From the NCBI RefSeq assembly GCF_004010195.1, contig NC_057752.1:1474704-1538703 (forward strand): a DNA stretch of 64,000 bases, read 5' to 3'. The notes beneath the pieces are model-generated. The model made no database searches, was not told where the DNA came from, and was given only the letters and a program-made list of their open reading frames with translations. The position numbers were made by a program, and so were the translations under genes. Shown here in pieces: positions 21,501 through 34,385 of the stretch. Positions within the stretch are counted from its first letter, which is position 1. Every line of letters starts with the position of its first letter. Origin of the DNA: Chiloscyllium plagiosum. Its lineage: Eukaryota.

Positions 21501-22519
21501 AAGCAGCGAGGCAGAGTCCCCCTGATGCAAAGAATTCTGAGGAAAAGGATGAAAATAACAATCATTCTGAAGGACTGTGCATTTCCTGGGAGTATTCAAA
21601 TAGAGGAAGCTGATCAATTTTCTTAATGTAGTTGATTTGACACACGGTTCAAATGATGTCTTGCAGTCGCTAATTTTCTGGAACTTGTGTTGAGCACTTT
21701 TGGGGTTGGAGAGTTTTTTTTTTGAATTTTATTTTTTCCTTGATTTGCTTCAAAGCTTTTTTGTTTTGTTTCCTTTTTTTAAACGTTGTGGTTACTGGAG
21801 TGTGAGGGGGAAACTGAGCATTATGATTCTCGGTGAATCACTGAGATTCAGTGAGAATCATAATACTCAGTTTCAGCATGACCATAGACTGGTTTTTGAG
21901 ATCAGCTGCTACGTTCTAGCCCTTTTGTTTGGTGTTCCTATGTACAAAGCCAAATATTGCACACAAGTAGAATAGTGAAACTTTTATTTTAATCCTAGAT
22001 ATTTGATATGCGAGTACTTTACTTTATCAACAGATATTTACTGAAGTAGTGCAAGGCAATGTATATCATGTGCTGTACATTTTTTTTTTTTAAATAAGAA
22101 AATGTATCAAGATTTTGGACATTCATAGGTATTGAGATGAGCCTTTCCGTAACTTCTGTAAGGGCAGAATCCAAAGTATACCAGAAGAGGGAGGTATGTA
22201 ACATACTGTTACAATTTGGCATTGCAACAGTATTAATTAACTAACTGTAATTACAAGCCATTCTCTGATAGAGAAGCAGTTCATACTAACCTTAACTTTT
22301 AAAAGTTATTGTCAAGTGTTGAGCATGTGTTTAGAAACTTACAGGAATGGGAGCTACACAACAATTGAAGGTGACCTTGGTAGTGCTATTAAGGCCAAGG
22401 ACATGAGTGGTACCAGATTCTTGCATGGAGCACTCAGTAGTATGCACATCTTTCTCCCTCTTAACCTTTTAAAGTTTTTTTTATTAACTTAATTACAAAT
22501 ATTATTTACTGACCTCTTC

Positions 22520-22858
22520 TAGAGGTTTACAAAATTTGAGGGGCATGGAGCAGGTAAATAGACTCCCCTGGGCTGGGGGAGTCCAGAACGACAGGGCATA
22601 GGTCTCTTTTATATCTTTCCCCCTAAACCTAAGGGGGAACCTCCTCACACCAGAGGGTGGTACGTGTATGGAATGAGCTGCCAGAGGATGTGGTGGAGGC
22701 TGGTACAATTGCAACATTTAAGAGGCATTAGGAAGGGTTTGGAGGGATATGGGCCGGGTGCTGGCAGGTGGGACTAGATTGGGTTGGGATATCTGGTTAG
22801 CAGGGACAGGTTAGACCGAAGGATTGTACAGCATGGAAACAGACCCTATGACTCTATG
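22520..22858 (+). mobile_element. CR1 3' end carrying micro-inversions
   Basis: Matches the CR1 3' ends at 47800-48170 and 61935-62247 except for inverted blocks. Confidence 0.9.
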
Positions 22859-25235
22859 CTGTCCTTGTCACACCCTCCACCTTGATCGGTGCTCGTGCAC
22901 GTGCATACATACATCCGCACAGAAGGGAAGGCAAGGGCCTAGTGGTATTATCGTTAGACTATTAGAACATTAGCAGAGCTTCTGGATTGAGGACCTAGGT
23001 TCAAATCCCACTATGGCAGATGGTGGAATTTGAATTCAATAAAAGATATTTGGAATTAAGAATCTCCTGATGATCAGGAAACCATTGTCAATTGTTAGCT
23101 CACTTAATTTCAGGGAAGGAAATTTGCCATCCTCACCCAGTTTGGCCTACCTGTGACTTCAGACCTACAGCAATATGTTTGACTCCCCATTGCCCTCCGA
23201 AATAGCTTAACAAGCCACTTAATTATATCAATCGCTGCAAAGTCTCAAAGAAATGAAACTGATCAGGCCACTTGGTATCAACCTAGGCTCAAGAAAAGAC
23301 AATGGCAGACACCACCCTGGTGAACCTGCAAAGTCCTCCTTACTAAGGTCTGGGAGCTATTGCAAAAATTCGGAGAGCTGTCTCTCAGACTGGTCAAGCA
23401 GCAGTCCGACCTAGGCATACTCAGCGAATCATACCTTACAGGCAATATCCCAGACACCACCATCACCATCCCTGGTTACGTCCTGTTGCACTGGCAGGAC
23501 AGACCCAGCAGCGGTGGTGGCACAGTGGGATACAATTGAGAGGGAATTGCCCTGGGAATCCTCAATATTGACTCTGGATCCTATGAAGTCCCATGTCTTC
23601 AGGTTAAACATGGGCAAGGAAGCTTCCTGCTGATTACCATGTGCCATCCTCTCTCGGCTGATGAATCAGTACTCCTCCATGTTGAATAACGCTGATAAGA
23701 AGCACCTAGGGCAGCAAGGGTGTAAAATAAACTTTCTGTTGCGAGATTTCAATGTCCACCAGCAAGAGTGGCTTGGTAGCAGCACTACTGATTGAGCTGG
23801 TCGGGTCCTAAAGGACATAGCTGCTAGACAGGTTCTGGTGAGGAAACCAACAAGGGGGAAAAACATACTTGACCTCATCCTTACCAAGTTGCCAACTGCA
23901 GATGTAACTGTCCACGACAGTATCAGTAAGAGTGACAACTGCACAGTCCTTGTGGAGATGAAGCCTCCCCTTCACATTGAGCAAATCCCCCATTGTGTTG
24001 CGTGGCACTATCACTGTCCTAAATAGGACAGACTTTGAATAAATCTAGCAACTCAAGACTGGGCATCACTGTGGACAGCATTCTAGCAATAGTACAAAGA
24101 ACTTGGGCTCCAGACTTTGCTGCTTCCCCCAGCCAAGCTGTTCCAGGACTGTTACAAAACTTGCATCTTACACGACAATATGGAAAATTGCTGAGGAATG
24201 TCCTGTACATAAAAAGCAGGCCAAATCCAACCTGGCCAATTACCACCTCATCGATCTACTGTCGACCATCAATAAAGCGATGGAAGATGTCATCAACCGT
24301 GTTATCAAGCAGCACCTGCTCAGCGATGCCCCCTTTGGATTCCGCCAGGGCCACACCGCTCCTGACCTCCTTACAGCCTTGGTTCAAACATAGAAAAAAG
24401 AGCTGAATTCTATAGGTGAGATAAGAGTGACTGCCCTTGACATCAAGGCTGCTTTTGACTGGGTGTGGCATCATTGATTCCAGTTTTGCTAGGGCTCTGT
24501 GGGTATCTGAGCAAACTCTCTGCTAATTTGGAGTCATACCTGGCATATACCATATGCACGAGTAAAAGTTGATCTTATGTAGAAATCGAACCCTACTTTT
24601 ATCCAAAAAAATCTGGAATCTTTTTAAACATCTTTCATGTAAAAGTCAATCCTAGTTCTTCACAGATAATAACAGATCAGTATTTGTGAGTCAGGGTATT
24701 ATCCTGTATGTGAATGTTACGATGACGAAATGACATTTTTAAAAAATGTGTTTTGATATACGATTCACACCAATTTGGCGCAAACATTCAAGCCGTGTCA
24801 GGTCAGAGTCAGGTGATAACCTCCCTTTTGTGTGCTGGTCAGCTGAGCTCAGTTCACGTGTAGCACTCATGGAATACAGTCATATACCTAGTTGAGGTTT
24901 GAAATTTCTTCATTTTAAGAAATGTCCTCCAGAGAAAACCAAAATAATATAGAGCAGCCTTTTAAACTGAAAGTTATTGAAGTTGCTGAGAAGACAATTG
25001 GTGTGTAATGGCAGGCAAATTTTGTTTCAGAGAAACTTGAGACCGGAGAAAGGTATCGAACTTTCGTTTTTGGCATTGTCTGAACTTGGTAACGCCAACA
25101 GAGGTAAACCTAGCATGTGGCCACAATTGGAGAAAAATATTGCCAAGTGGGTGCTTGAAAATCATCAAAACGTTGTGAAGCCATCTGAATGCAAAAGCGA
25201 ATCAAAGAAGGATGAAACGTTGGATTTTTAATCGA

Positions 25236-25880
25236 GGTTGAAAAGTGTGGCGCTGGAAAAGCACAGCTGGTCAGGCAGCATCTGAGGAGCAGGAGAGTCA
25301 ACATTTTGGGCATAGGCCCTCCATCAGGAATGGGGTGGGGATAGCAGGGAAAGGGCACAGAGATAAATGGGAAGGTAGCTGGGAAGGTGATGGTGAGAGG
25401 ATGGAAGGGAGGGTGGAGCGGATATGTGGGATGGAAGATGGACAGGTCATGAGGGCGGTGCCAAGTTGGAGGGTTGGGTCTTGGATGAAGTGGGGGGATA
25501 GGAAGTAAGGAAACTGGTGAAATCAACGTCGATGCCATATGGTTGGAGGGTCCCAAGGCGGAAGATTAGGCATTCTTCCTCCAGGCGTCAGGTGATTTGG
25601 ATTTGGCGGTGGAGGCGGCCCAGAACTTGCATGGCCTTGGCGGAGGGGGAGTTAAAGTGGTTGGCCACAGAGTAGTGGGATTGTTTGGTGTGTGTGTCCC
25701 ACAGATGTTCCCTGAAACGCTCTGCGAGTTGGCGTCCTGCCTCCCCAGTGTAGAGGAGACCACAGCAAGAGCAACAGACCCAATAGGTGAGGTGTTTGAA
25801 TGTGAAAGGACCTGGTGTGCTTTTCCAGTGCCCCACTTTTCGACTCTGATCTCCAGCATCTGCAGTCCTCACTTTCTCCA
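25236..25880 (-). mobile_element. Penelope-like element, GIY-YIG endonuclease remnant plus terminal repeat
   Basis: ORF 25588..25881: CCGLLYTGEAGRQLAERFREH...SVANHFNSP; short inverted terminal piece at 25815-25880. Confidence 0.85.
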
Positions 25881-25999
25881 TATTGCGTTTTCAGGCCAGT
25901 GCTGGGTGGTGCACACGGTTCATGAGAAGGCATGACTTAGTACTTTTGGCAGAGAGCAAAGATTACCCAAAAGCTGCTTGCTGAACTAGAAGCCACTGT

Positions 26000-26600
26000 G
26001 GGGCGGCACGGTGGCTTAGTTGGTTAGTAGATTAGATTCCCTACAGTGTGGAACCAGGCCCCTATGCCCAACGGGACCACACCGACCCTCCAAAGAGTAA
26101 CCCACCCAAACCCTTTTTCTCTCTGACTAATGCACCTCATTGGCAATTTAAGCATGGCCAATTCACCTAACCTGCGCAGCTTTGGATTGTGGGAGGAAAC
26201 CGAAGCACCCAGGAAAACTCCACACAGACAGTCGCCTGAGGTTGGAATCGAACCTAGGACCCTGGTGCTGTGAGGCAGCAGTGCTAATCACTGAGCCACC
26301 ATGCCGTCCCAGTACTGTAGTCTCACAGCACCCGTGACCCGGGTTCGATTCCAGCCTTGGGTGACTGTCTCTGTGTGGAGTTTGCACTTTCTCCTTGTGT
26401 CTGTGTGGATTTCCATCGGGTGCTCCGGTTTCCTCCCACCGGTTAGGTGGATTAGCTGTGCTAAATTGCCCACAGTGTTCAGGGATGTATAAGTTAGGTG
26501 CATTAGTCAGGGAAATGGGTCTGGGTGGGATGCTCTTCGGGGGGGGGGGGTCTGTGTGGACTTGTTAGGCTGAATGACATGTTTCTACACTGTAGGGATT
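26000..26600. mobile_element. Two nested HE1 SINEs: plus copy (26000-26029 and 26311-26600) interrupted by a minus copy (26030-26310)
   Basis: Head gggcggcacggtggcttagttggttagta breaks and resumes at agtactgtagtctcacagc. Confidence 0.85.
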
Positions 26601-29549
26601 GTATATAATAAACTATTACTGTTTCACCAGTTTGTAATCAGAAATTGGCAGAAGGAATGCTTCTGTATTCAGTATTTTGGACTGTAGCATGAATTTCAGC
26701 CCCTCTAAAGTCGTAGTATCCATGTTGTAGTCAACCCCATAAATTTAACCTCAAAAAAAGCCTAAAAAAATTTGACATTTACACAAGTATACAAGCTGGT
26801 TGTGGTTGTTGGAGGTCAGTCATCTCAGCTCCAGGACACCTTTGCAGGACTCCCTCAGGGTAGTGTCCTAGGCCCAACCACCTTCAGCTGCTTCATCAAT
26901 GATCTTCCCTCCATCATAAGGTCAGAAGTGGGGATGTCCAATCAATGTTCAGCACCATTCATGACACCTCAGAAGCAGTCCATGCTCAAATGCAACAAGA
27001 TCTGGGCAATATCCAGGCTTGAGCTGACAAGTGGCAAGTAACATTCATGCCACAAGTGCCAGGCAATGGCCATCTCCAATAGGAGGCAATCTAATCACCA
27101 CCCCTTGTCATTCAATGGTGTTACCATCACTGAATTCCTGTTGTCAGAATCCTGGGGGTTACCATTGACCAGAAACTGAACTGGACTCTCCACATAAATA
27201 CAGTGGCTGCAAGAGCTGGTCGGAGGCTAGGAATACTGCAGCAAGTAACTCACCTCCTGACTCTCCAAAGCCTGTCCACCATCTGCAAGGCTGGCGGGGG
27301 ATGGCATACTCCCACTTGCCTGACTGAATGTTGTTGGAGCTGCATCCAAAGCTTGATACCATCCAGGGTAAAGCAGCCCCCGATTGATTGGCGCCACATC
27401 CACAAATATCCGCTCCCTCCACCACTGACACTCAGCAGCAGTGTGTACTATTAACAACATGCACTGCAGAAATATACCCAAGATCCTTTGACAGTACTTT
27501 CCAAACTTCCATCTAGAAGGACAAGGGTAGCAGATATGTGGGAACAGCACCACCCGCAAGTTCCCTTCCAAGCCACTCACCATCCTGACTGGGAAATGTA
27601 TCACTGTTCCTTCAGTGTAGCTGGGTCAAACCCCTGCAGCTTCCCTCCCCAAAAGCATTGAGAGTCCATCTACAGCAGGTGGACTACAGCAGTTGAAGAA
27701 GGCAGCTCGCCACCATCTTCTCCAGGGCAACTAGGAACAGACAATAAATGCTGGCCCTGCCAGTGACGCCCACATCCCTGGAATAAAGGAAAAAAGTGCA
27801 CACATTCTCTCTCGTGACAACTTCTGCTGGGCTGTGTTTCCTTCAGCATCTGCCACCCTTTTATATCTGGCCCATGTGCCTAACAGTGATTAGACAAGCA
27901 GCTATTTGATATGTGGAGGATATGAAAACACTGTCGATTTTTGTTTAATTCCCCATGCTGAGATCTGAAACTGATATCCTCCAGCTGAGCAGTTTCCTAG
28001 CTGTACAGCTCAGCACCATAGAATGGTAAATATATTCCTTTTTTTTTTTTAAATTCACTCTCCTGTCTCCTCTCTTCCCCCACATCCCTCCAGATCAAAA
28101 CAATTTAGGCACAATGGGAGATGGCAATTATTTTCAAAAATTGAACTAATGGAGGTTATATTTAAGAGCAAGGTATTCTGATTTTAACCTGTCATGTGAA
28201 AGGTCTCTTTTGACATGACTATCTAATTAAAGTTCAATTTTTCTTTTGGCTTTTAATCCTCTAAATTGTGAACAAATTTGTTAGAGTGTGAAAAGAACCA
28301 GTGTGTTTTTTTTTTTTTCCTCTTGTTCCTGTAAATATTATTTTATATTCTTTGCTTTTGTATTGTAACTAAAGGGGATTTGTTACTCCTGTGGCATACT
28401 ACATCATCCATGGGATACAAAAAGGTATGGATTTTGGGTTTGGAAGAATTTTTCTCTGCTTATGGAACCCGCAACAATCACTCACTGGGAAGAATCCATA
28501 TTATGTACTACTCTTCTCGAGTCATCAAGAGGTCTGGGTCAAATACTGATCAGGCCAGCGAGAAGTCTTTATCCTGTTAATGGTGTGTAGTTATAGTTAT
28601 TGTGACACATTGAATTGTAATGGCTGCTGCACCAGGGAAAAACAAGTAATGCATTGGCCACTTTTTCTTATTGGTGTGCTAGAAAATGTTCCCATTCAGA
28701 AACTCAGTGGCAAATGGTGTTTTGAATTAATCCTCCATTAGGACAGTAGCGTTGCCACTAATATAAATTCCAGCAACCAAAGAATTAGACTTTTTTTCAC
28801 TCGGAGGGAAAGAAAACCCAATTTACATACTCTTTGGCCACATCATTTGTGATGTGATGTATTTTGGTGGACCAAATATTTTTCAGGCTGAAATGTTCAG
28901 CTGTTTTTATTGTAAACGGATATAGTAATACTTATGGGAGCACTCCAACTCTCAATCTTCATTTTCTTCTGCGTTTTAAGTTTTACACGCTGGTTGACAA
29001 GCGAGCTGAAATCTGACAAGTTCTGAAACAGCTGGTGCTCTGAGATAAAAGCCAAATGTAATGAGACAATTATCGAGAAAAATGCTGTCCATCAAACCAT
29101 TACTTCTCAACCATTTTCAATTTCCCAAGGTTCTTTTTTTTGTTTTTAAACTCAGTAACAAACTTCCTTTTGTAAAAAGAAATGACTTTTATTTGACTGC
29201 GGTAAAGTTTTCCTGATGGGTCGGTGGTTAAAGTCAATGTTGCCTTGTCATACAGGCAAAACAATCCCTAAAGACTGTTCCCAATCTGTTCTGCCTTCCT
29301 TTTTGATTTGGCTGGCACAGCAGGACAATTACTCTAATTGTCCTCTGTATACTTGGACCAAGGGCAATAAAGTCACCAAAGGCTTCACTTCTGATGCCAT
29401 CTCATGACTAGCACCATAGATGTGCGGAATTGGATGTTGGAGGGCAACTACACATCTGGGCAGCATCCATTGTGCAGATTTCCAATTGAAAAACAGTTAG
29501 TTGGATGAGGTACTGGAGAGTGGTGGCACCTGTGAAACCCTACTCCAAT

Positions 29550-29740
29550 GAGATATGGCGTCTTTAGGAAAGATTGGCTGCAGAAATAGCAGATTAATTG
29601 GATGTACATCTTCTCCAGTTCGCTGTACAAGATTTGGAAAGGGAAGGAAGAATATAAAGCAATCACTATCACCAGGCAAGAGGTGCTGGAAAAGCTGTTT
29701 GATCAAAAGGCTGACAAATCCCCATACCCTAATGGCTGGT
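29550..29740 (+). mobile_element. CR1 ORF2 fragment
   Basis: Translates to KAITITRQEVLEKL...KADKSP, like the copy at 59765..60037. Confidence 0.6.
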
Positions 29741-30299
29741 TATAATCTTCGAAAATACCTTAGATTCTGGAGGGTCTCGGGTCGTGTTTCTGCACCTGTG
29801 TGCCCAATGCACCACCTTGCATTGGTGTTCCTACGACATGCAGCCTTTGCACGATGTACATTTTGTCTGATCAGGTGGAAAAAGTAACAGTACATTTTAA
29901 AAGATAAACAAGAATTCAAAACTGTACAATTTCTCTGGAATAATATCCTCCTTGGGAATGTTCTGAATGTTATGTTGATATTTTTACTGTTTTGGGAGAA
30001 ATCGAATGTGGGTCTTGTTAGTTTTGGTACCCAGTCAGTGTTAATTCCCTCACTGCCAGGAGATTTAAAAATTTCAATTAGTCTTCTGTGTAAAGAAAGT
30101 AGCAATCCTAGTGGCAGTATCTTGTCCAAATTATGACTTTCTTGAGTCTGGGTCCAGCCAGTCAGTGTTAGCAAACAGAATGTGAGAGACCAAGTCCATG
30201 TCCATTCAGTTTTCTTTTCATGATTTTGGTGGGTTTTTTTGTGTCCATAACAAACTGCTTCCGTATGCCACCTTGTGAAAAATATATTGATCTTTGAGG

Positions 30300-30499
30300 G
30301 GGAGCAGCATCGATTCACAAGAATTATGAAGGCATTGAGGAAAAAAATGCATTAATTTGGTTTGTGTTCTCTTGGGTATGCAGTGAGGGACAATCTGGAT
30401 TGAGGTGTTTTAAAAGGTTTGATCAGGGAGATGCAGAGAAACTATTTCTTGTGGGGAAATCAAGGACAAGAGAACAGAATCTTAAAATTAGAGCTAGAC
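30300..30499 (+). mobile_element. Old CR1 3' fragment
   Basis: FLVGKSRTREQNLKIRAR in ORF 30364..30600. Confidence 0.6.
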
Positions 30500-31476
30500 T
30501 GTTGCTGAAAAGAGGCATGTTGCATATGTTAAAACACTTGCAGATTTTTCATTACTTTTATTCTTTTTATCAATTTAGATTTGGAGCAATGAACTGGTGA
30601 GCTGAAAATGACTTTACTTTGGGAAACAACTTGTGGTAAAAAGAAAAAAACAGACCAAACAAGCTTTTGTTTGTTTGAGAGGCCAGGCCTGGAGGTTCAT
30701 TGCAGGCTGATCCTTGATTTTAAAAGGGCTCCAATTGATACAGTGAGACTAGGAAGAGTATTGTGTTTAAACAGATTGCAGAAGTTGGTCAGTACCTGGG
30801 AATTGGTTCCGGCAAGCCTGGAAAAGACCCGATGTTTGAGCAGATGATCAATGTTGACTGAGGCCTTGGGAGGAGATGGCCAGTTTTTTTTTGTTGAACT
30901 GTGTTTTCTGAGGAGAAGAGTTTGACTGCTGGTGACCCAGCATGAAGATTTGAAAGCTCCCTGCCTAACCTCCCTCAACAGCTTTTGGAAGCCCAAGGAG
31001 TAGAAAGCTGAGTCCGAAGCAATAATACCTTTGATCTGAGTGAACTGAAAAGGTGATCCTGATCGACATCTCCAGAAAAGCAACCAAGGAGTCCACATCA
31101 ATGCCTTTGAAACAATGTGTCGTGCAATCCATTTAAATAATATGGCCAATTTTGTTATTATTTATCCTTATTAACTGTTTCTGTCCTTTTGTGTGAATGG
31201 GGGCTGAAAACAATTGTCTGTATGTTAAAACTGAAACATTAGATTACCTTGTTGTTTAGTTGTTTTCTCTGCAATTGTTATTGTATTTTTAATAAATTAA
31301 GCGTTTTTTTTTTAAAGATACAAAACCAGTGTTTGGAATTAATTCTTCACAAAGTCTGGGATTGATTTATTCAAAAGTCTGTTTAGGAGCCATTGGAGTA
31401 ACTAATTCTACTGAATTGTGAATGCAGAGGTAGAAAGGCTGGTTTTGGTTTGGCTGTCTGTCTCTGTGTTGTAACA
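30500..31476 (+). mobile_element. Possible solo LTR
   Basis: Starts TGTTGC where the CR1 fragment breaks; ends GTAACA; internal TTTAAAA and AATAAA (31291). No TSD seen. Confidence 0.35.
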
Positions 31477-33429
31477 CTGATTACATTCAGCAATATTTGA
31501 CTTCTGTGCTATCAAGCATTTTTTAGTTTGAGCTTGACCTACTGCTTAACTTAAAGCAAGGCCATCAAGTGAATGTTTTGCTCTAACAAGTCAAGCAACA
31601 TACAAACAACTCGAAATGAAGTGCCAGTGTCAGACATACTTAATAGTACCTTCGCCAGTCTCACACCTAAGAAAGTATCAATCGACTGACTGGATCTTGT
31701 CCTAATTATGTTTTTTTTAAATCAGTCCAGCCAGTGAAGTTGGCAACCAGTGTGTGAGATCAAGTCCACATCCATCTCGTTGCTGGTTTCAGATCACTAG
31801 ATATCAACCACAAGCTTGGCAGATTTAATCTTTTTCTCTCCCCTCCCATTCCCGGAGCTTGGATATATTGCGGAAAATTACTGCAACCCTTTCTGATCTG
31901 CTGGCTGACATGGGCTGCTGTACAGATGTGAAACGTGAGCTGAGAGCTTCTTGTCGTTTAGCTTCAAACAGTGTTCGCCAATTGAACCTCTGGTGGAACG
32001 CGTCACCTTACAATATATTGGAGCAAGCAGGATTGAAAATGGTGAATACGGTTAGCTGTTACTGCAGATGAAAAAGTAGCGAGGCTGAAGAGGGTAAAGT
32101 GAAGGAAGGAGGAATTTAGATAGAAAGCAGGTTTACTGGGAATGTACAATGCATAAAAAAAATTCCAAACTCTCCATTCTCTGAGTGCTGATGTATATTC
32201 AATTTATACAAGCCATGTTTCAATACGATATAAATGTGTGTCTAACAAAGTAACTGAAGCATCTCCAATGATAATGGATTGTTTGTGCTGCAAATATAAT
32301 CCCTTCAGTTCTTCTGCCTCATGAAATTATTGTGCTGGCCAAAACTTCCATGGAAGCTTCGAATGATATGGCAAAACGTAAAATGATCATCAATCTCCCA
32401 TACTTTTGCAGGGTGTGAAGAGAGAGAGAGGGGACTAGGTTGTGATGGCAATTTAATTTTCTTAACATCTTAAAAATTAATGCTCAATTTGCATCCTGTG
32501 GGAGATCAACTGAGGAAAAGGGGGCCACCTCTAGCTGATGCTCAGTAGTGTATAGGTAAGCATGCATTTGTAATTACCCATTTGAGAAAGCAATGATGAA
32601 CACTTTTTTTTTAAAAAAAAACTTGAAATGGGATCCTTGCAAGAATTCATCTTGGCTACCTAAGGTATCCAAGAAAGTAACAAATCTCTGCAAAATTTAG
32701 TATGTACACAATGCAGTGATTTACATTTATTTTGTCGTGCAAATGTTGAACATACACTCTTATTAAGGCTCCTTGTCCTAAAAGATATTTGCTGCCAAAC
32801 AATCATTGAGATCTAACCCTGATGGCTAATCTTGGATTGTGTTCTCCCACGTTGAAGCTAATGGAGTTTGATGTCCATGAAAAGGCACATTGCCTGTGGA
32901 ACCCATGGAAACAAAATATTACGTCGGCATGTATGGTGGGAGCCTGCTTTGTACGGATGGAAATTTTGGTAAGAGGGTTGTTCAGTTCTCCCTTTTACAT
33001 GCCGACCCTCTGCTGCAACCTGGTTGATATGTTAACTGTATGTAAATTGTGGAAATTAACTGCCGATTCACTCGAGCCCCAATAAGTAGACGCATGCCAA
33101 GATAGCTATTAACTGGTCCAGGTTGTGGATAGTAGAGGGTGCATTCGACTGGACTGCCTGCCTCTCCTCCACAGTTGTCTGTACCTGGGTGTCCCTAGAG
33201 AGGGAGCACCTAGTTGTATGCTAAAGGCTTTTGGCAGTTAGGGGGAGCTGAAGTGCATTATCAGCCCTAAGAATGCCATTTTAATTTGAGTATTTACATT
33301 TCGCTTAAAGCTTTGGCATTAGTCAGGTTATTATTGTATCCCCTCAACAAAACCTAGTGTTTCTCAGTAATAGACAAAATCAGGGTGAAATGGATTTGGA
33401 TCGGACTTGGGGCCTCCATTAAGTTTTGG

Positions 33430-33822
33430 ATGGGTCTGGAACGAGAGGGCATAGGTTTGGGGTGAAAGGGGAAAAATTTAAAAGGGACCTAACAGGCAGC
33501 TTTTTTCACGCAAAGGGTGGTGTGTGTGTATGGAATCAACTGCCAGAGGAACAACAAACAAAGGAAATTTCAGCCCAGGAACTGGCCCTTTGGCCCTCCA
33601 AGCCTGCACCGATTCCGATCCTCTTTTTAAACCTATCGCCTATTTTCTGTGAGGCTGGTACAATGACAACATTTAAAAGGCATCTGGATGGGTAAATGAA
33701 TAGGAAGGGTTTGGAGGGATATGGGCCGGGTGCTGGCAAATGGGACTAGATTGAGTTAGGATAGCTGGTCAGCATGGACAAGTTGGACCGAAGGGCTGTT
33801 TCCGTTCTGTACAGCTGTATGA
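33430..33822 (+). mobile_element. CR1 3' end interrupted by a ~95-bp antisense 3' tail of another element (33552-33648)
   Basis: TRGHRFGVKG, WNQLPEE, EAGTMTTFKRHLDG. Confidence 0.85.
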
Positions 33823-34214
33823 CGAAGTGTGAAACATGAATATTATAGTCATGAATACTGTAACTGAATGTGGTCATGTGGTAATCAATTAAATGTTGCA
33901 TAATGTTTTTTTTAGTTGATCAGCTGTAATGCGGTTTGACGATTGCTCTGTATGGGCAGCTCTTGCAAAGAATTCACTCCAGGTGGTTGGAGGGTCTGGT
34001 CCTTTGGATTTCTCTCTGAGACTAATTAATATGTTGCTTTCTGTGTTGTGTGATGGCCATTCTGCTCTGAAAGATTCTACGATTTAATACACATTTTTTG
34101 TACTTGCTGGCAGGAAGACTTTCATCAAAGCTGAGATCAGAAAATGTGAGACCACTGAGATATCATGCAAGACTCTCAAACGTCAAATAATGCTGATCTT
34201 GATTAATGTTAGTC

Positions 34215-34385
34215 TTGCCTAGCACACACCCTGCCCGGTGTAACCTCTCTGCCTCTGGCCTAGCTTTGCTTTTTCACCCTATGACCTGTATGTCCTGGCT
34301 TACTGTGATCTACCTGTCCTGCTCATGAACAAAGCTGTCCACTCTACTCAGGTACATGTGACAATAAGTCAAATCAATCAATCAG
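34215..34385 (+). mobile_element. Rex1/Babar-like LINE 3' end
   Basis: aacaaagctgtccactctactcaggtacatgtgacaataa followed by an (AATC)n tail. Confidence 0.5.

Larger units (their letters stand above)
24548..26792 (+). mobile_element. Tc1/mariner pogo/Tc2-type DNA transposon remnant
   Basis: Transposase remnants KLKVIEVAEK, WPQLEKNIAKWV and FQASAGWCTRFMRRHDL...KITQKL (CENP-B-type HTH region); imperfect TIRs taccatatgcacgagtaaaagttga and ttgacatttacacaagtatac; host LINE resumes on both sides. Confidence 0.75.
22935..27797 (+). mobile_element. CR1-Zenon-like LINE, end-to-end copy (22935-24547 plus 26793-27797), tRNA-like head, degenerate APE-RT ORF
   Basis: PTRGKNILDLILT, SDNCTVLV (APE); FGFRQGHTAPDLLTAL, ALDIKAAFD, GLPQGSVLGP (RT); tail caataaatgctggccctgccagtgacgcccacatccc plus A-rich end. 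Confidence 0.85.

Noticed and set aside
22935..23015. tRNA genes at A/B-box sequences
   Set aside because: All are retroposon heads without a full cloverleaf or terminator.
29740..30318. 192-aa minus-strand ORF
   Set aside because: No recognisable homology or splice context; lies between CR1 remnants; likely chance.
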